Shown: positions 26,086 through 39,504 of the stretch, piece after piece
How positions within the stretch are numbered: the first letter of the stretch is position 1
Layout of the letters: every line of letters begins with the position of its first letter
NCBI GenBank assembly: GCA_951406725.2
Contig: OX597814.1
Location: forward strand, 87,234,001-87,298,000
Reading direction: 5' to 3'
From: Octopus vulgaris
Lineage: Eukaryota
Length of the DNA: 64,000 bases
Notes under the pieces: generated by a model
What the model was told of the DNA's origin: nothing
What the model saw: the letters and a program-made list of their open reading frames with translations, nothing else
Database searches by the model: none
Program-made: the position numbers and the translations under genes

Positions 26086-27422
26086 GGGTAAACAAACATT
26101 CCTTTCAATCACTAGTTTGCCTACCAGGCTCTATAAGTCTGCTCTACTGATCTACTTGAGTGGGGTGGAGTCATAAGTTGATTTACATTGACCCTGACAC
26201 TTGGCTGGTACTTCATTTTATTAACCTCACAAGGATGAAAGGTAAGTTGATCTCAGCAAATAATAATAATTTCGTATATAAGCAGAAAGTCAGAAATTCA
26301 GGAGAGCTGTGTAGCTGAATAAATCAACCTGGTTAAGTATCATACATAACTAGTAGTTCATTTTATCCCCACCTCACCAACAGAAGGATGAAACGCAAAG
26401 TTGACTTTTGCAGGATTTGAACTCAGAATGTAATGAGGCATTTTGTCCAATGTTTTAATGATCTTGCCAATTTAGAATAAGAATGATAACAAGAATAACA
26501 ATATTTTCTAACAGAGGCATGAAGCCAAGATTTTGTTTTACTTCAGCACACGATCTCAGATCAGGTCACTTGCTATGCAAGTACATCTCCGTAAATTTTT
26601 TATCTTTTGGAGGTAAGGTAAGTTGATTAACTCAATGCCCTAGAAGGATGAAAAGAGTAGTAGACCTTGGCAAGATTTGAACTAAGTATCTGAAGAGCCA
26701 GAACAAATATTGCAAGGCATTTTGTCTGCTGCTCTAACAAGTCTGTCAATCATGAATAACAATGGTGAATGACAGCAACAGCAATAGTAATAAGAATTTA
26801 ACAACTCTGTAGAAACCTGGACTGGTTTCACACTCAGTGGGGAAAAGTTCAAGTGTAAAAGAGAAATGATAAATGGATATACAATCACACAAAACCAATT
26901 ATTCTGTAGACATGTCAGTTGAAGACAATTTGAGACTTATTTAGGTTCAGCTGCATTGTATGTAATGGATCTATGAGGCCAGTAACTAGCTGTTCTTTCA
27001 AAAAACAGAAAATTAGTGGAATTTTAAGGGTTGCTGGCCTCATGAAGTTCTCAAGTTACATGCTTTACAGAATTGACTGGAAATACTCAGAAATGGAAGT
27101 AATCCAACTTATTTCATATTTCAACAGTCCAACCTTTAACCAACTGTCAACACACATGTTGTTATTATATACAAGTATGGTCTTGTGGTATGTGGTGTAC
27201 TCAGATGTCAGCATTTTGATGTACTAGAGAAAATTATTTCGAATAAATGTATTTATAAGTGCAGGCATGGCTGTGTGGTAAGAAGTCTGCTTCCCAACGA
27301 TATGGTTCTGGATTTAATCCCACTGCATAGCACCTTGGGCAAGTGTCTCCTACTATAGCTTCAAGCCAACCAAAGACTTGAGTGAATTTAGTAGATAGAA
27401 ACTGAAAGAAACCTGTTGTGTA

Positions 27423-27481
<59 letters not shown>

Positions 27482-30036
27482 CTTTGTTCCCACATCCATT
27501 ACTTGACAACTGGTGTGTTTACATCCCTGTAACTTAGCAGTTCAGCAAAAGTGGCTGAGAGAATAAGTACCAATACTATAAAAACTCGATTCATTTGACT
27601 AAAATTCCTCAAGGCAGTGCCCCAGCATGGCCACAGTCTACTGACTGAAACAAGTAAAATTAGTAGAACATCAGACAAGATAGATGTCTTGCAGCATTTG
27701 ATTACCCCTTTAATGCTCTGAGTTCAAATCCTACCTAAGTTGATTGTGCCTTTTGTTATCCAATGGTTGATAAAAGAAGTGCCAATCTACTAGTACTGAG
27801 TTTTGATATAAACTATTAAAACCCTGGAAGGTGGGGCATCAGCATTGTCACACTTTAATGATGGCAAGTGCAGTGGTTTGAAACACATATCATGTCTCAG
27901 AGAACTGCTACACAGAAATTACTATCTTTTTTATTTCTCTTTCAACAAGCTAGATTTTGTAAATGATTAGACAAATCATAAAACTGCCTTTGAAAAGTTT
28001 AGCAATGCTAAATCCATCAGTGTTAAATATTTTAACTAAGATCTTGTGTAGACCAAATTTTCCTACAATTTCCCATCAAAAGCTCATTTTCTCAACAGGG
28101 TTCAAAAGCTCATTTTCTCAGCAGGGATGTGAAGTATATTATGTGTATATAATAAGAATTATGAATATAAGATTAAACACAAAAAATTACTCTAAAGTGC
28201 ACTTGCAAATAATTAGCTATTAATAACTATTTCTTGTGGGACCCTAGGGATGGGAAAAACTGCACTTGAATAATTAATGGAAAAAATGTTGGGTTCATAT
28301 ATCATTGGCATGGCATTGATGTATCTTCAAGACAGTTATTAATGGTCCTTTGAATCTAGCTCTAAATAGATGTAGCAGTGGCAGTATTTTTCCATTAAGA
28401 CAAGGACAAAACTAATATTGTTATCGTTGTCATTGTTTAGCTCTAGATCAGTCATGATTAAGTAGACCAATAATTAAAGGTATTCAATTCACCATCATCC
28501 ATCTGTCTTTTTTTTTTCCAGTAATAGTGTACCCTACATGCAGATATTACTGAGTAGTTAAGTTGTTTGCCTCACAACCCTGAAGTTTTAGGTTTAATGC
28601 TGATGTGTGGAATCTTGCACAAGTGTCTTTTACTACAGCCTTAGAGTAATCCAAGCCTTATGAGTGAAATTTGATTGACAAAAACTGTGGATACCTAGGC
28701 TGTCGTTTAGATCATACTTGTAATTAAAAAATTCAGCTTTGTCACATTGTTTCACACTACTTCAGCCTGAAAATTTACATTAAGGTTACAAATATCTGTT
28801 GAATGCTCAGTTATTTATATGTTGATTTAATATGGGGCTAGTTCATTAAAACCAACAAAGGATCTATCATTATAACCCAGATATTATCTACGTGTTCATT
28901 TTAAGATGGTAAAGTGTAGTTTCAGGGAGATTTAATGGTCATTTCTAGAAGATTGAGAAATAACATAGAAGCTACATTGACAAATGATTTATTATAATGT
29001 TGGGAAGTTGGAATTGTACCTATGACTATTACAGATCCTCTTAGACTGGTAATTTTGATACACTTGAATGTTTATGTTCAATTCTTCCCACAAAGGAAAT
29101 TACTTTTATGAGACTAGTATCCTATTCTGAGAAAGATAAATTACTCAGTTGCTTCATTCCACAGAAAACAGGGATAAGCACCAGTCTTATGGTTCCTTGT
29201 ATTATGTAATTAAATTACAGCTGTGAGCTGGTGGAATTGTTACTTCACCAAGCAAAATGCTTGGTGGCATTTCTTTCAGCTTTATGTTCTGAGTTCAAAT
29301 TCCACCAAGGTTGACTTTGCCTTTCATTTTTTTGAGGTCAATATCAGAAGTACCAGTGGAACACTGGGGTCGATGTAATTGAATTATTCCCTGCCACCAA
29401 ATTTTAGGCCTTGTGCCTATAGTAGAAAAGATTATATAATTAAACTGCTAATCAAAAATCTCAAGGAATTTGAAATGCAACTTTCACCTGGAACAGATGG
29501 AGAGACAGCTCATAAGCTTGTCATTAGCCAAAATTCAGTGGAAGTTTATAGATTCATTTAGCATCATAGCATTCGCCTGTGAATGACAATTCTTGAAGTT
29601 ATACTGAAACTAAACCCAACTCATTCATTCTCAAGAAACTATATAACATCTCATCTTACATTCTCATAAAACCGATGCTCTGGTTTCTCCTCATACCTAG
29701 CAGAAAAATCATTTGCTTTTTACATTCATACAAAATCAAACCACTCAATGCCATTATGTGTACTCAAAAGCAACAATAATTTGGACATAAATATATTTTC
29801 CTCCAGTGAAGCTGATGAAGTTTAATGGGATTGCAGAGTACTGTGATGAGGCATTAAAATGCAACTGACATCAGGGGAAAAAAATTAGCACTCATTTTCA
29901 AAGACTTTCCAATTGAGTAAAGAAGCTTGAACAGGTTGATTGATCTACTAGAAGTAACAGCCAAATCTACTTCAAATTACACATAATTGTCTTAAAAAAG
30001 AAGAAGGATATGTGAGGTAATGTAAATTTGAAATTG

Positions 30037-30331
30037 TGGAGGCACATGGCCTAGTGGTTAGAGCAGCGGACTCGCAGTCGAGGGATCGCAAGTTCGAATC
30101 TCAGACCGGACGATGTGTGTGTTTATGAGCAAAACACCTAAGCTCCACGCGGCTCTGGCAGAAGGTAATGGCGAAACTTCTGCTGACTCTTTTGCCACAA
30201 CTTTCTCTCACTCTTTCCTCCTGCATCTTGCAGCTCAGCTGCGATGGACCGGCGTCCCGTCCAGGTGGGGAACCTGTACGCCAAGAAACCAGGAAAGCAG
30301 CCCTTATGAGCCAGGCATGGCTTGAGAAGGG
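30037..30331 (+). mobile_element. tRNA-derived SINE, well preserved
   Basis: tggcctagtggttagagc...gttcgaatc head, A-rich tail; homologous to 34-328. Confidence 0.85.
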
Positions 30332-31611
30332 AAAAAAAAACTTGAAATTCTTTTCCCTCACCAAAAAAAAAAAAGTGTGCATGGTCACAGATGGAATGCT
30401 TTTCAGCTAAGTTTGTTGGATCAGGGTTGACTGGAGGCTAAATAGCAACAACAATTCTCAATTTTTCTGTTGTTCGTTTGGAACCCTTAAATGTATGTAA
30501 TTCAAAATATAAACAATAATAGACCATAGAATAAATTTCTAGTGTTCAAAAGGAAGCCGAACTAAAAGATGGAAAATAATGTTTATTTTTGTATACTCCC
30601 ATTTTATTTAAATTTTAAAGTTTCTCCATTTTTAATTGCGAAGACTGATGAGATCCTCACTATGACACCATAAAAGACTACGAAATTTTATTTCCAATCA
30701 TATAAACCACCTCGAATATTATTTTAGGAAGTTTAAGGTGATTTCTTTTGTGCCGTTAATCATTTACCATTTCTGCGGTGTCCCCTTCCCCCTCCTTTGA
30801 TAGCCTAAGCACCTGCTTATTTTGCTTAATGGTTTATCTAGTGTCATTAAGATGCAGCTATTCTACAACAGAAAATTCGGCATACATTTAAAAAATGGTA
30901 AGAACAGTCAAGTAACAATTTCAAGTTTAAATTAGTTTTAGACTAAAAAAAAATAATAATAAAAGCGAGACAGGAAAATTCTATATCTTCTCTCTATTTT
31001 CACCTTGTTTTTTTCTTTTCTCCTCTCACACTTGGTTTTTTAAAATTAAATTATTCATTGGAAAAAAAAATTGGCTGGTTCTGACATGCAGCACGAAAAG
31101 TTTTATGTTTTAATTACATACTTTCACGATCATGTCAGATGAAAATTACGGAATCTCTGAATAAATGATAATATGTGACTTAGTTTTTTGGAAAACGTGA
31201 ATATTCATCTCCTGAAACCATTTTTGATGGTTTTGTTTTTATTATAGTCATATGAGTTTAATGAAATTCTGCATTGTGACAAACATGAATTACTATAGTG
31301 ATTTTTGTTTGTTGTTGCACAAAAGTTCTTAGTGTAAGTAGGGTGTGATGATATTGTTGATTAGCGATGTATTACGCAGCTTCGTGTTGCGTTTCTTGTA
31401 TTACCAACGTTTAAAGGCTTCAGTTTTTAAAATGGTTTTATCAGAAGAAGAAGGTCCTCGTTCATAATATTTTCAGGACTTCTGGGATTTGTGCTGGGGG
31501 TGAGAAAGGGAAGTAAGGCCTATTAGAGGTGTGTTTAGCTGGTACATCGATCCAGAAGGTGAAAAAGAGGACCATAACTGTCTGCCGAGTCCCTTTCTCC
31601 CTATATATATA

Positions 31612-31663
<52 letters not shown>

Positions 31664-32172
31664 TCACAGATGCTGGTATGAAGCCAAGCAAAGAATTAGT
31701 CTACCCCGCCAAGAACTGGCATAGCTTGACGAGCTTAGGTCGATCTGAAGTTATGATAGGCGTCACCTGCCCAAAATTACTCTAGGTGGAATCAAACTAT
31801 GGATCATTTGATGGAGAAGTGAACTTTTTAATAGCACAAGAATATTATAGCTTAATCCTTTTATTTCATTTCTTTACCCTCTCAGACATTTTGCAGTAAT
31901 TATAAAGTAACTGAGATTCGTTGTTAAGTCGATTTCTAAAGATAGGAGGTAAAATAATGTTTAATCAATGGTTTGATTTTATTTACGTGCCTGGGCAATA
32001 GTTGATGTTTACTGCTAACATCTAATAATTAACAACGTTTTATTTCATACACCTAGTAGCTTAAGTTTTATAGAAGAGAAAAGAGAATGAGCGATAATAG
32101 CGCTTTCCTAGAAATGCACAACAGCTAAGTATTCATCTCGACATATGTATATATATATATATATTTATATAT

Positions 32173-33107
32173 ACTGACTACCCGTGACCCGTTGGGTCAC
32201 CGGGAAAGTCTAAGTTTCCCAGCAACGAAGTTTTGTTTCGTGTCTTTTTTTTTCTTTTCCAGGTTATTCCGCATACTTTCATCGAATGTGATATCGAAAT
32301 AACGCGTAAACGGCTCTTTTCCCCAGAAAATGAAATATTTGGCTACTATTTCTTGCATGCTCTGTTACCACGTAACAAATATTTCGGGTCCTTTATCGCA
32401 AATAGCTGTTACATGATAGCAGGGCGTGCTAAAAATAGAACCCAGATTTTTTGAGGTGAGATACATTGAATGCACTCGAAAAAAAAAAAAAACCTATGGA
32501 AAAAAATTATTTCACACCGAGGTTACGATCGGGTCTTTTATGAAATATTTACCGTATTTTAAAGTCATTTTTACTGTAAAATATTTTTTAAATATGCCAA
32601 AAAAATTTTCGTAATGGTATTCACTTGGCAATAATTTAAAAAAAAACATTAAAATATTGTCTGTTTAAAGAAAGCTAAAATATAAATACCTACTGTACAA
32701 ACAACTTACATTTTTGAAATCACATTAATTTAAAAATATTTCTTAATGATTAAAATATTGTGTTTAACAAAAGCGAAAATAGAAACATTTACTGTAAAAA
32801 ACAAATCGTATTTTTTCGTTGTCAAATCAGTCTAATCGAAAGGTAAGAGTTTCTTCCCTTTCAGGGTTAAATTATTTTCGGAACATTTTCCCATTATGCA
32901 CCGTTTTGGGTATTTATACCCCCGAAAACACCTAATATCTACAAAGCCACTTGTCCGATTTACGCGAAACTTGTTTGATTCCGTTTTTATTCACATTTCA
33001 GGGGAAACTTAATTCATAGTATTTTCCCATTATGCACCAGTTTGGCTGGGTAACATTGCAAGCAAACAAGCAAGATTCAAGCTTACTTTTATAGATATAT
33101 TATAGAT
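32173..33107 (-). mobile_element. Non-autonomous Helitron-like element
   Basis: Minus strand starts A|TCtat and ends with the GC-rich hairpin cccggtgacccaacgggtcacggg followed by tagtcag|t. Confidence 0.6.
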
Positions 33108-35702
33108 ATATAAACACTTACATAACTAAATTACAGTGAGGTTACATTTCACTGATGAATCTTCAACGAAAGACGAAACGCACCGAAGTTGTTTTCTGTA
33201 CATATTCCTGAAAGAGATGTTAGTCATCTATAAATATTGTTTTTAGGTGTTTGTCTTTTAAACAAAGCGAACAGTGCAGCTACAAAGAGCGCACATGAGA
33301 AAGAATAAAAATATATAGGAACGTTGTGTTTATTCTTTACATCTGGTCCGTTTTGTTTGAAATGTAAACATGTATTTGCTGTTCAATCCTAGTTTAAGCA
33401 ATTGGAATTAATATTCCTGTTTTCATTTACCGTATATTTTTGTATGCTTTAGCTTTTAATGTTTCCTATCTTTAAATATACTTTCACCGAGATTGAAATA
33501 AATTGACAGATGGCAGACAGACAGATAGATAAAAATAGACAAACATGTGTGACAAACAAAATTAAAATGAAATGTTTATAAGACTCTATCGTTCTAGAAC
33601 TTGGAAATGCGTGCATACATTGATGGCACTGTTCAATAGTGTATAATTTGACTGGGATCTTTTGCTACAGACTCGCGTATATGACATTTATTTCTGAGAC
33701 GTATATTAAAGATTATCTTACCTTTGATGACGCTAAACGATTAAGTGACACTTTACATTTTGTGTAGAAATACCCGTCTCTCGATGTTTTTCTCTCTGTG
33801 GCGGAAATGGCGAGCATTAATATAATCTGGCCTTATCTCGATTAAAGACTTCCTTCCTCAAATTGCGTCAATGTGTCCACGAAAAAAGAAAAGGAACTCG
33901 TCTCTTCGTGCTTATTAAATGTGCTCTGGCGAACTACTTGTTCAACACACAACCGACCCCTCTGCCTCTGATGTCACTTCTGCTTTCTATCTCAACCCAT
34001 ATTATCACACGCCATCTTGATCTAAAGACACTACATGTAACAGTAAAGTAAAAAAATTACTCTAAAACTCTGGAAAAAACCCTACTAAACTGTTTCAATG
34101 TACAGTTTTCTACAAACGAAAATTCAGCTTCATTCCGATTCTCATACATTTTCGTAATTCTTTGTCCACGGAATTAACGTCGATCCTTTTGTAACCTTCG
34201 TGGCACTACGATGTAGGCTTCGTCCTCTTTTCAACTACCGTTACGAACTTCATCGTTCATTGAATCGATAACCCTATGGACGTGGAAAATATGATGTGGC
34301 ATTCCATCAACAGAAACATTTTCTTCGGTATTAACTTCCGTCGTTCTTCTCTTCAGGATGAATTCACTCAAAAAAAATCTCATCTCCAGCCTGGAGATAT
34401 GCAAGTTATTCCTTTTACCCACTCCTGGTACTATGGTTAAATGCCTTCTCCCATTCGTTACAAACCCGAACCCTAACCGCCTCGATTGGTAAAGGCCTTG
34501 GTGGTTCGATATCGCCCTATGATTCCAATCCTGCTCGGTTTGTAACATAGCTCTTGAAGAAGCGTTCGATATTCTATTTATTTAGCATCTCTCTCAACGA
34601 TTCTGAACGAAATGTGGTACTGTTGTTTATTCATCCATCCGTTCCCTCCGACAAAATATCTTATTCAGAACCCACAAAATCTCAACCACAACCTTCATTT
34701 TAATCTCCCTCTATATAACCAAGCACCCAGATACAAAGAGATTCAACACTGACCGATAGTGTGTCCTATCAATTATCAATCGCTTTTAGGTATCTTCTAC
34801 CCGAATCCCTCCCGTTTCATCTATTAAGATATGTATGTATGTGTTACAGGCTGCTTTAACTCTACCTACTTTTCTCATTATTGTCTTGAGGACTTACACC
34901 ATGATCTTTGGCTTAGAGTTCAGTCCGAACTTCATCCTAGTCAAGCAGTATGTTTAGTCCTTGTATTTCACTAGCTGATACTTTCACAATTTTTCAGCCA
35001 CACAAATCTGTAGGCAGGCTAAATACAGATCAACAGTTATAGAAAACCCCGTCATTTGTCTTTATTCCCGCAGGATCTCCCCAGATATATCTGTGGCTTA
35101 CTGTCCGTGTATAATGCCACAGGGTCAGTCAGTCCCTGAAAGTTTAACCCTGGATTGACCTTATTCTTCGTTGAGGGAATTATCAACAACATTTCGCCTT
35201 TTAAAGCAACTAATCGAATCGTGGACAAAATACCATGCAGTATTTTCTACAACACCATACGTTATGAGCTCAATTTCTGCCGAGGTCAAATTTGCATTTT
35301 ATCCTTTGGGGTCCAATGAAATAAAGTATCAGACAAGTACTGGGATACATCTACACGCCACACCAAAATTTCAGGCGTTGTACTTATGTTTGAAACAATT
35401 CTTCACACATACACACACTAAAATCTATATAGTTGTACAATATCTTGTCCTAAGTAAAAAAAAAAAGGGTCTCGTATATTAATGTATATTAGATAGTGTA
35501 TAATATTGGCATAAGGCCAATAGTTTCGGGAGAAGAGGAAAGTCGATTACATCGACCCCAGTACTCAACAGGATGAAAAGCAAAGTCGACCTCGGTGGAA
35601 TGTGAACTCAGAACATAAAGACAGACGAAATGCCGTGAGGCATTTTGCCCAGCGTGCCCACAATTCTGTTAGCCCATCACCTTTAGGTAGTGTATAATAT
35701 TA

Positions 35703-35793
<91 letters not shown>

Positions 35794-36104
35794 TACTAGG
35801 TTATAGGTTTCGAAGAAGTCATAGATGATAATGTGGTTGAGTTGCTAGTCTCCCATAAAGAATGTTTATCTAACAAAGAACTTAACTTGTTTGAACAACC
35901 ACAAGCTGAGAATATTGATGCAAGTACGGATTTCCACATCACTTTTATATGGCAAAAATATTGCCAAAGATTTGACACTTATAGAAGAAGGTCTGCTAAC
36001 AACACTATCATGAACGTAACTTTAAAATTACGAGAAGAGTTTACAATGAGCTCAATTCTTTCAGTGAACTGTACGAAGAAATTATGCGCCATAAATATCA
36101 ATTT

Positions 36105-36450
36105 TATACCATTTCACTTTTAATATGAGAATAATTCCATTCAAAATGGAATAGTTCCATCCAAAACGAGAATAATTCCATTCAAAATGAGAATAAAAAA
36201 TACAGTATTTTTGCTTTAATTATTTATGTATCACTAATAATAAACAGACTTTTGCGTCATATCGTTCCATTCATTGTCAATTTATTCATTAAGTCTATTA
36301 ATTTATTATTTAATTCCTAAAATCATTTTACATATTATATAGTATTAGTGATAGATATATAATAAAAGCAAAAATACTGTATTGTTATTTTCATTTTTAA
36401 TTTTCTCATTTTGAATGGAATTATTCTCATATTGAATGCGAAATGGTATA
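36105..36450. mobile_element. AT-rich MITE / foldback element
   Basis: TIRs over 100 bp: tataccatttc...gagaataattccattcaaaatg and its reverse complement. Confidence 0.75.
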
Positions 36451-36675
36451 GATCAGCTCTTTACCCTTCATGTAGCTGTTGATGATGATTAACTTCAAGA
36501 TAGACGATAGTATCTAAAAGTTCATAGTATCCTTCATCCTCCCAGTGACTCTTATCCACCCTACAACCCCTCATACAGTAGCCAAGATTTTTGGTGATAA
36601 GAACATATCCTATTTGGATATTACGATTCTCATTTATTCCCTAACGTATTTTTCTTCACATGTTTTTATGAATAA

Positions 36676-36755
<80 letters not shown>

Positions 36756-36939
36756 TGTGTATGTTTAGAAATTGATATTTTCATTCAAAAAAACGGACGC
36801 ATTTATTACTCTGTGGCATGGAAATCAATGGGAAAGTTAATTTCGCGTTACGGGTTTTCGTATTACAAGATTTTCAGGATCATATTACTACTGTAACGAC
36901 GGGTATGTCTTCTTACATACATACAAACATACATACATG

Positions 36940-37012
<73 letters not shown>

Positions 37013-37231
37013 GTATATATACACATACTTTCTAACATCCAGTCTGTGAACTTGTCTATAAATTAACTGGTCTCATAAGTGACATAGACATCAGAACTAA
37101 AGCAAAAGCCAAAAATAGAAAAAAGACAGAAACAAAAAAAAAACAACAAACAAACAATACTGTTAGACTTTCATACGCCGACATCGATAGGAGAATCCAT
37201 GAAATTGCTCACACGCACACCTTTAAATATT

Positions 37232-37283
<52 letters not shown>

Positions 37284-37495
37284 TTCAGTGTTTCTTGGGT
37301 TAAATAGGAGTAGCATTCTTCCCATTCCGGGAACTGCCACATTAAGTTAGCAGCAAGCCATCTCTTTATCCTTCTGCTACTGCATAACTCTCTCTGAGAG
37401 ATTTAGAAATGCAATTTTTCTAATTTTATAGATCAGTGAATTTATTTCACATTCTATAAGTTTTCAACAGCGATTTAGCACCGACAGCTAGCAAG

Positions 37496-39442
37496 CCGCT
37501 TTTTGTTGTTTTTTGAAGAACTGTAGCCGGATTTTTTTTTGTGAGAAGCCACCGTTGTTGGGTGGTAGTGAATAATTGAGAAAAATGAAAAGTTATGCAG
37601 AAGCTACTGGAGGTCGAGTTACCCTGGACCCAAGCGTACTGAAACAGCAGATATGGATATATAGTAGTATGCTCGAGAAGAAAGGGTAAAATATTGTAAA
37701 TATATGTTATTTTGAAGTGAAATACTTTAATTGAAATTGAACTGTTGTCCTTTGAAAAACTGCGGGGTGGAAAAATTTCTGTTAATTTTATTGTGAACTG
37801 TGATTTTTACGAATTTGGAAATTTTCTTGTCATTTGTGACAAGTGTGAAGCAATGAAGTAATGGAGACCCAACCAGCCATCAGCTATGGTACAGCAACAG
37901 GAAGGGGTTTGAATAACGACGTTTTGCAAGTGAAAGAAATTGAAAAAGTCTAATGAAGTCATAGTTAAAGAAGGAAACAGCCTGAGGCTGACCCCGCCAA
38001 AAGAAGTAATAGAGGAAACAGTAAAAAAAAACCAAAAAAACTAGTGTAAAGAATGCTGTCAAACTCAAGTAAAAAAGGATGGAAATAGCGACCGTTGAAG
38101 CAATGGAATAATGTCTCAAGGATATTAAACATCTAACGACATTCTACATCAGAGGCAAGAAGTATGGCACAGTGGAGTTACGGTTTGCAACCGAACAAGA
38201 CGCAATAAAGTGCTCCACTGTGCGATTGAGGTCGGAAGAGTGGGCACTACCGCCAACCTACTGTGGCAAATATGCGGCTAAAGTTAGGATTGGCAGAGTG
38301 TCCCCAGATATCGATGAAGCGTGGCTGGTGGCAGCCATCCTCTTCAACACGGAAGAAGAGACCAATGTGCTGAAGGTCACGAGGATAACAGAGGTAAACT
38401 GGTTTGGATACGACCTCGAGGTGACGGTCTAAATCAGTTTACCAGACCTGCATAAAATTGCAAATGAAATTATGTTGCCAGAGGATGTTAAACTAAGCGT
38501 GGTAGTGGAGGTAAGACCTCCCATCTGCTACCACTGTGGAGTACGGGGACACATGAAAGCAAGGTGTCCCCAGAAACAAGAAGTAGAATAGAAGCTGGAG
38601 GAGGAGGAAGTGGAAAAAGGAGTGGTAGCACAAAGCCAAGTAAATTAAGGAAAACGTAGAAGGAAATACTCAGTTGGAAAAAGAAAGAAGAAAGAGATGA
38701 AAATACACATTCGCCACCAAAAAGCCCGCAAAAAATAGAGGAGATACAAATTGAAAGAACAGAAATAACAAAAAAGAAAATTACAGAAGAAAAAACAAGT
38801 ATGCAGAAAGGAAAGGAAGCAACAGTAAGAGAGAGATAGAGATTGATGAGACACAAAAACTAGGAACATCAGGAGAGAATAGAGACGGAAAACGGGAAGG
38901 AGTACCGAAAGGAAAAAATGTGAAGATGATGATAGAATATAAAAAGAGCGTAGAAATAGAGAAACGGATCACTAAATGAAAAATGCAATCAGAGTAAAAT
39001 TATCGGGGAATGAGGATACCGAAGACGACAAGGCAGTTTTGTTAGAGAGAGAAAAAGGAGAAAGATTGAAAGAATTATTTGGTGAGCAAATTGTAATAAC
39101 AGAGTTGCTGGTTCGATGCGACGAACTACCACCAGTGGTGCTATTTGACTACATAATAGAGGACATAGAAAATTGAAAGTAAGTGAAATTTGTAAAATTT
39201 AAAATAATGTTTAAAGAAAAAAACGTTGTAAAGAACAACGAACTGTTTGTGAATAATATGTTACATAAACAGTTAAATGATACTGCCTGCGTGTGAGGCG
39301 CAAGTAAGACATTTCATTTTTCATTATATCATTATATTCATTATTTCATTCGAATTACGTCTTATGTACCCCACTGTATTATGTTGTCTGTCTTTGTTCG
39401 TCCCTTCTTTGTTAGAGCCAATATGCTCGTAATAAAGAATAA
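37496..39442 (+). mobile_element. Gag/ORF1-only retroelement, degenerate
   Basis: MKSYAEATG start at 37585; VVVEVRPPICYHCGVRGHMKARCP zinc knuckle (CX2CX4HX4C, 38526-38567); no RT seen; ends aataaagaataaa; candidate TSD agYtagcaag. Confidence 0.65.
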
Positions 39443-39463
39443 AGTTAGCAAGACCAAGCTACT

Positions 39464-39504
39464 CCAGACTGATGAAGAGCAATTACCATGAAACTAGTCT
39501 CTGG
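39464..39504 (+). ncRNA. Minimal type I hammerhead motif
   Basis: CCAGA CUGAUGA agagcaauuaccau GAAA CUAG UC UCUGG. 5-bp stem I, palindromic ACUAGU stem III, GUC triplet; stem II pairs poorly. Confidence 0.6.

Noticed and set aside
29810-29875. C/D-box snoRNA-like motifs (tgatga...ctga)
   Set aside because: Intergenic, box spacing unconvincing and no recognisable guide.
30040-30110. tRNA gene
   Set aside because: A and B boxes are present but run on into a SINE body shared with 34-328.
33152-33185. ctgatga...gaaac hammerhead-like core
   Set aside because: A-C at the base of stem II and no stem III or stem I partner found.
34268-34292. HVHRV peptide shared with an antisense frame near 44015
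   Set aside because: Five-residue match only, and the second frame has no plausible start; likely chance.
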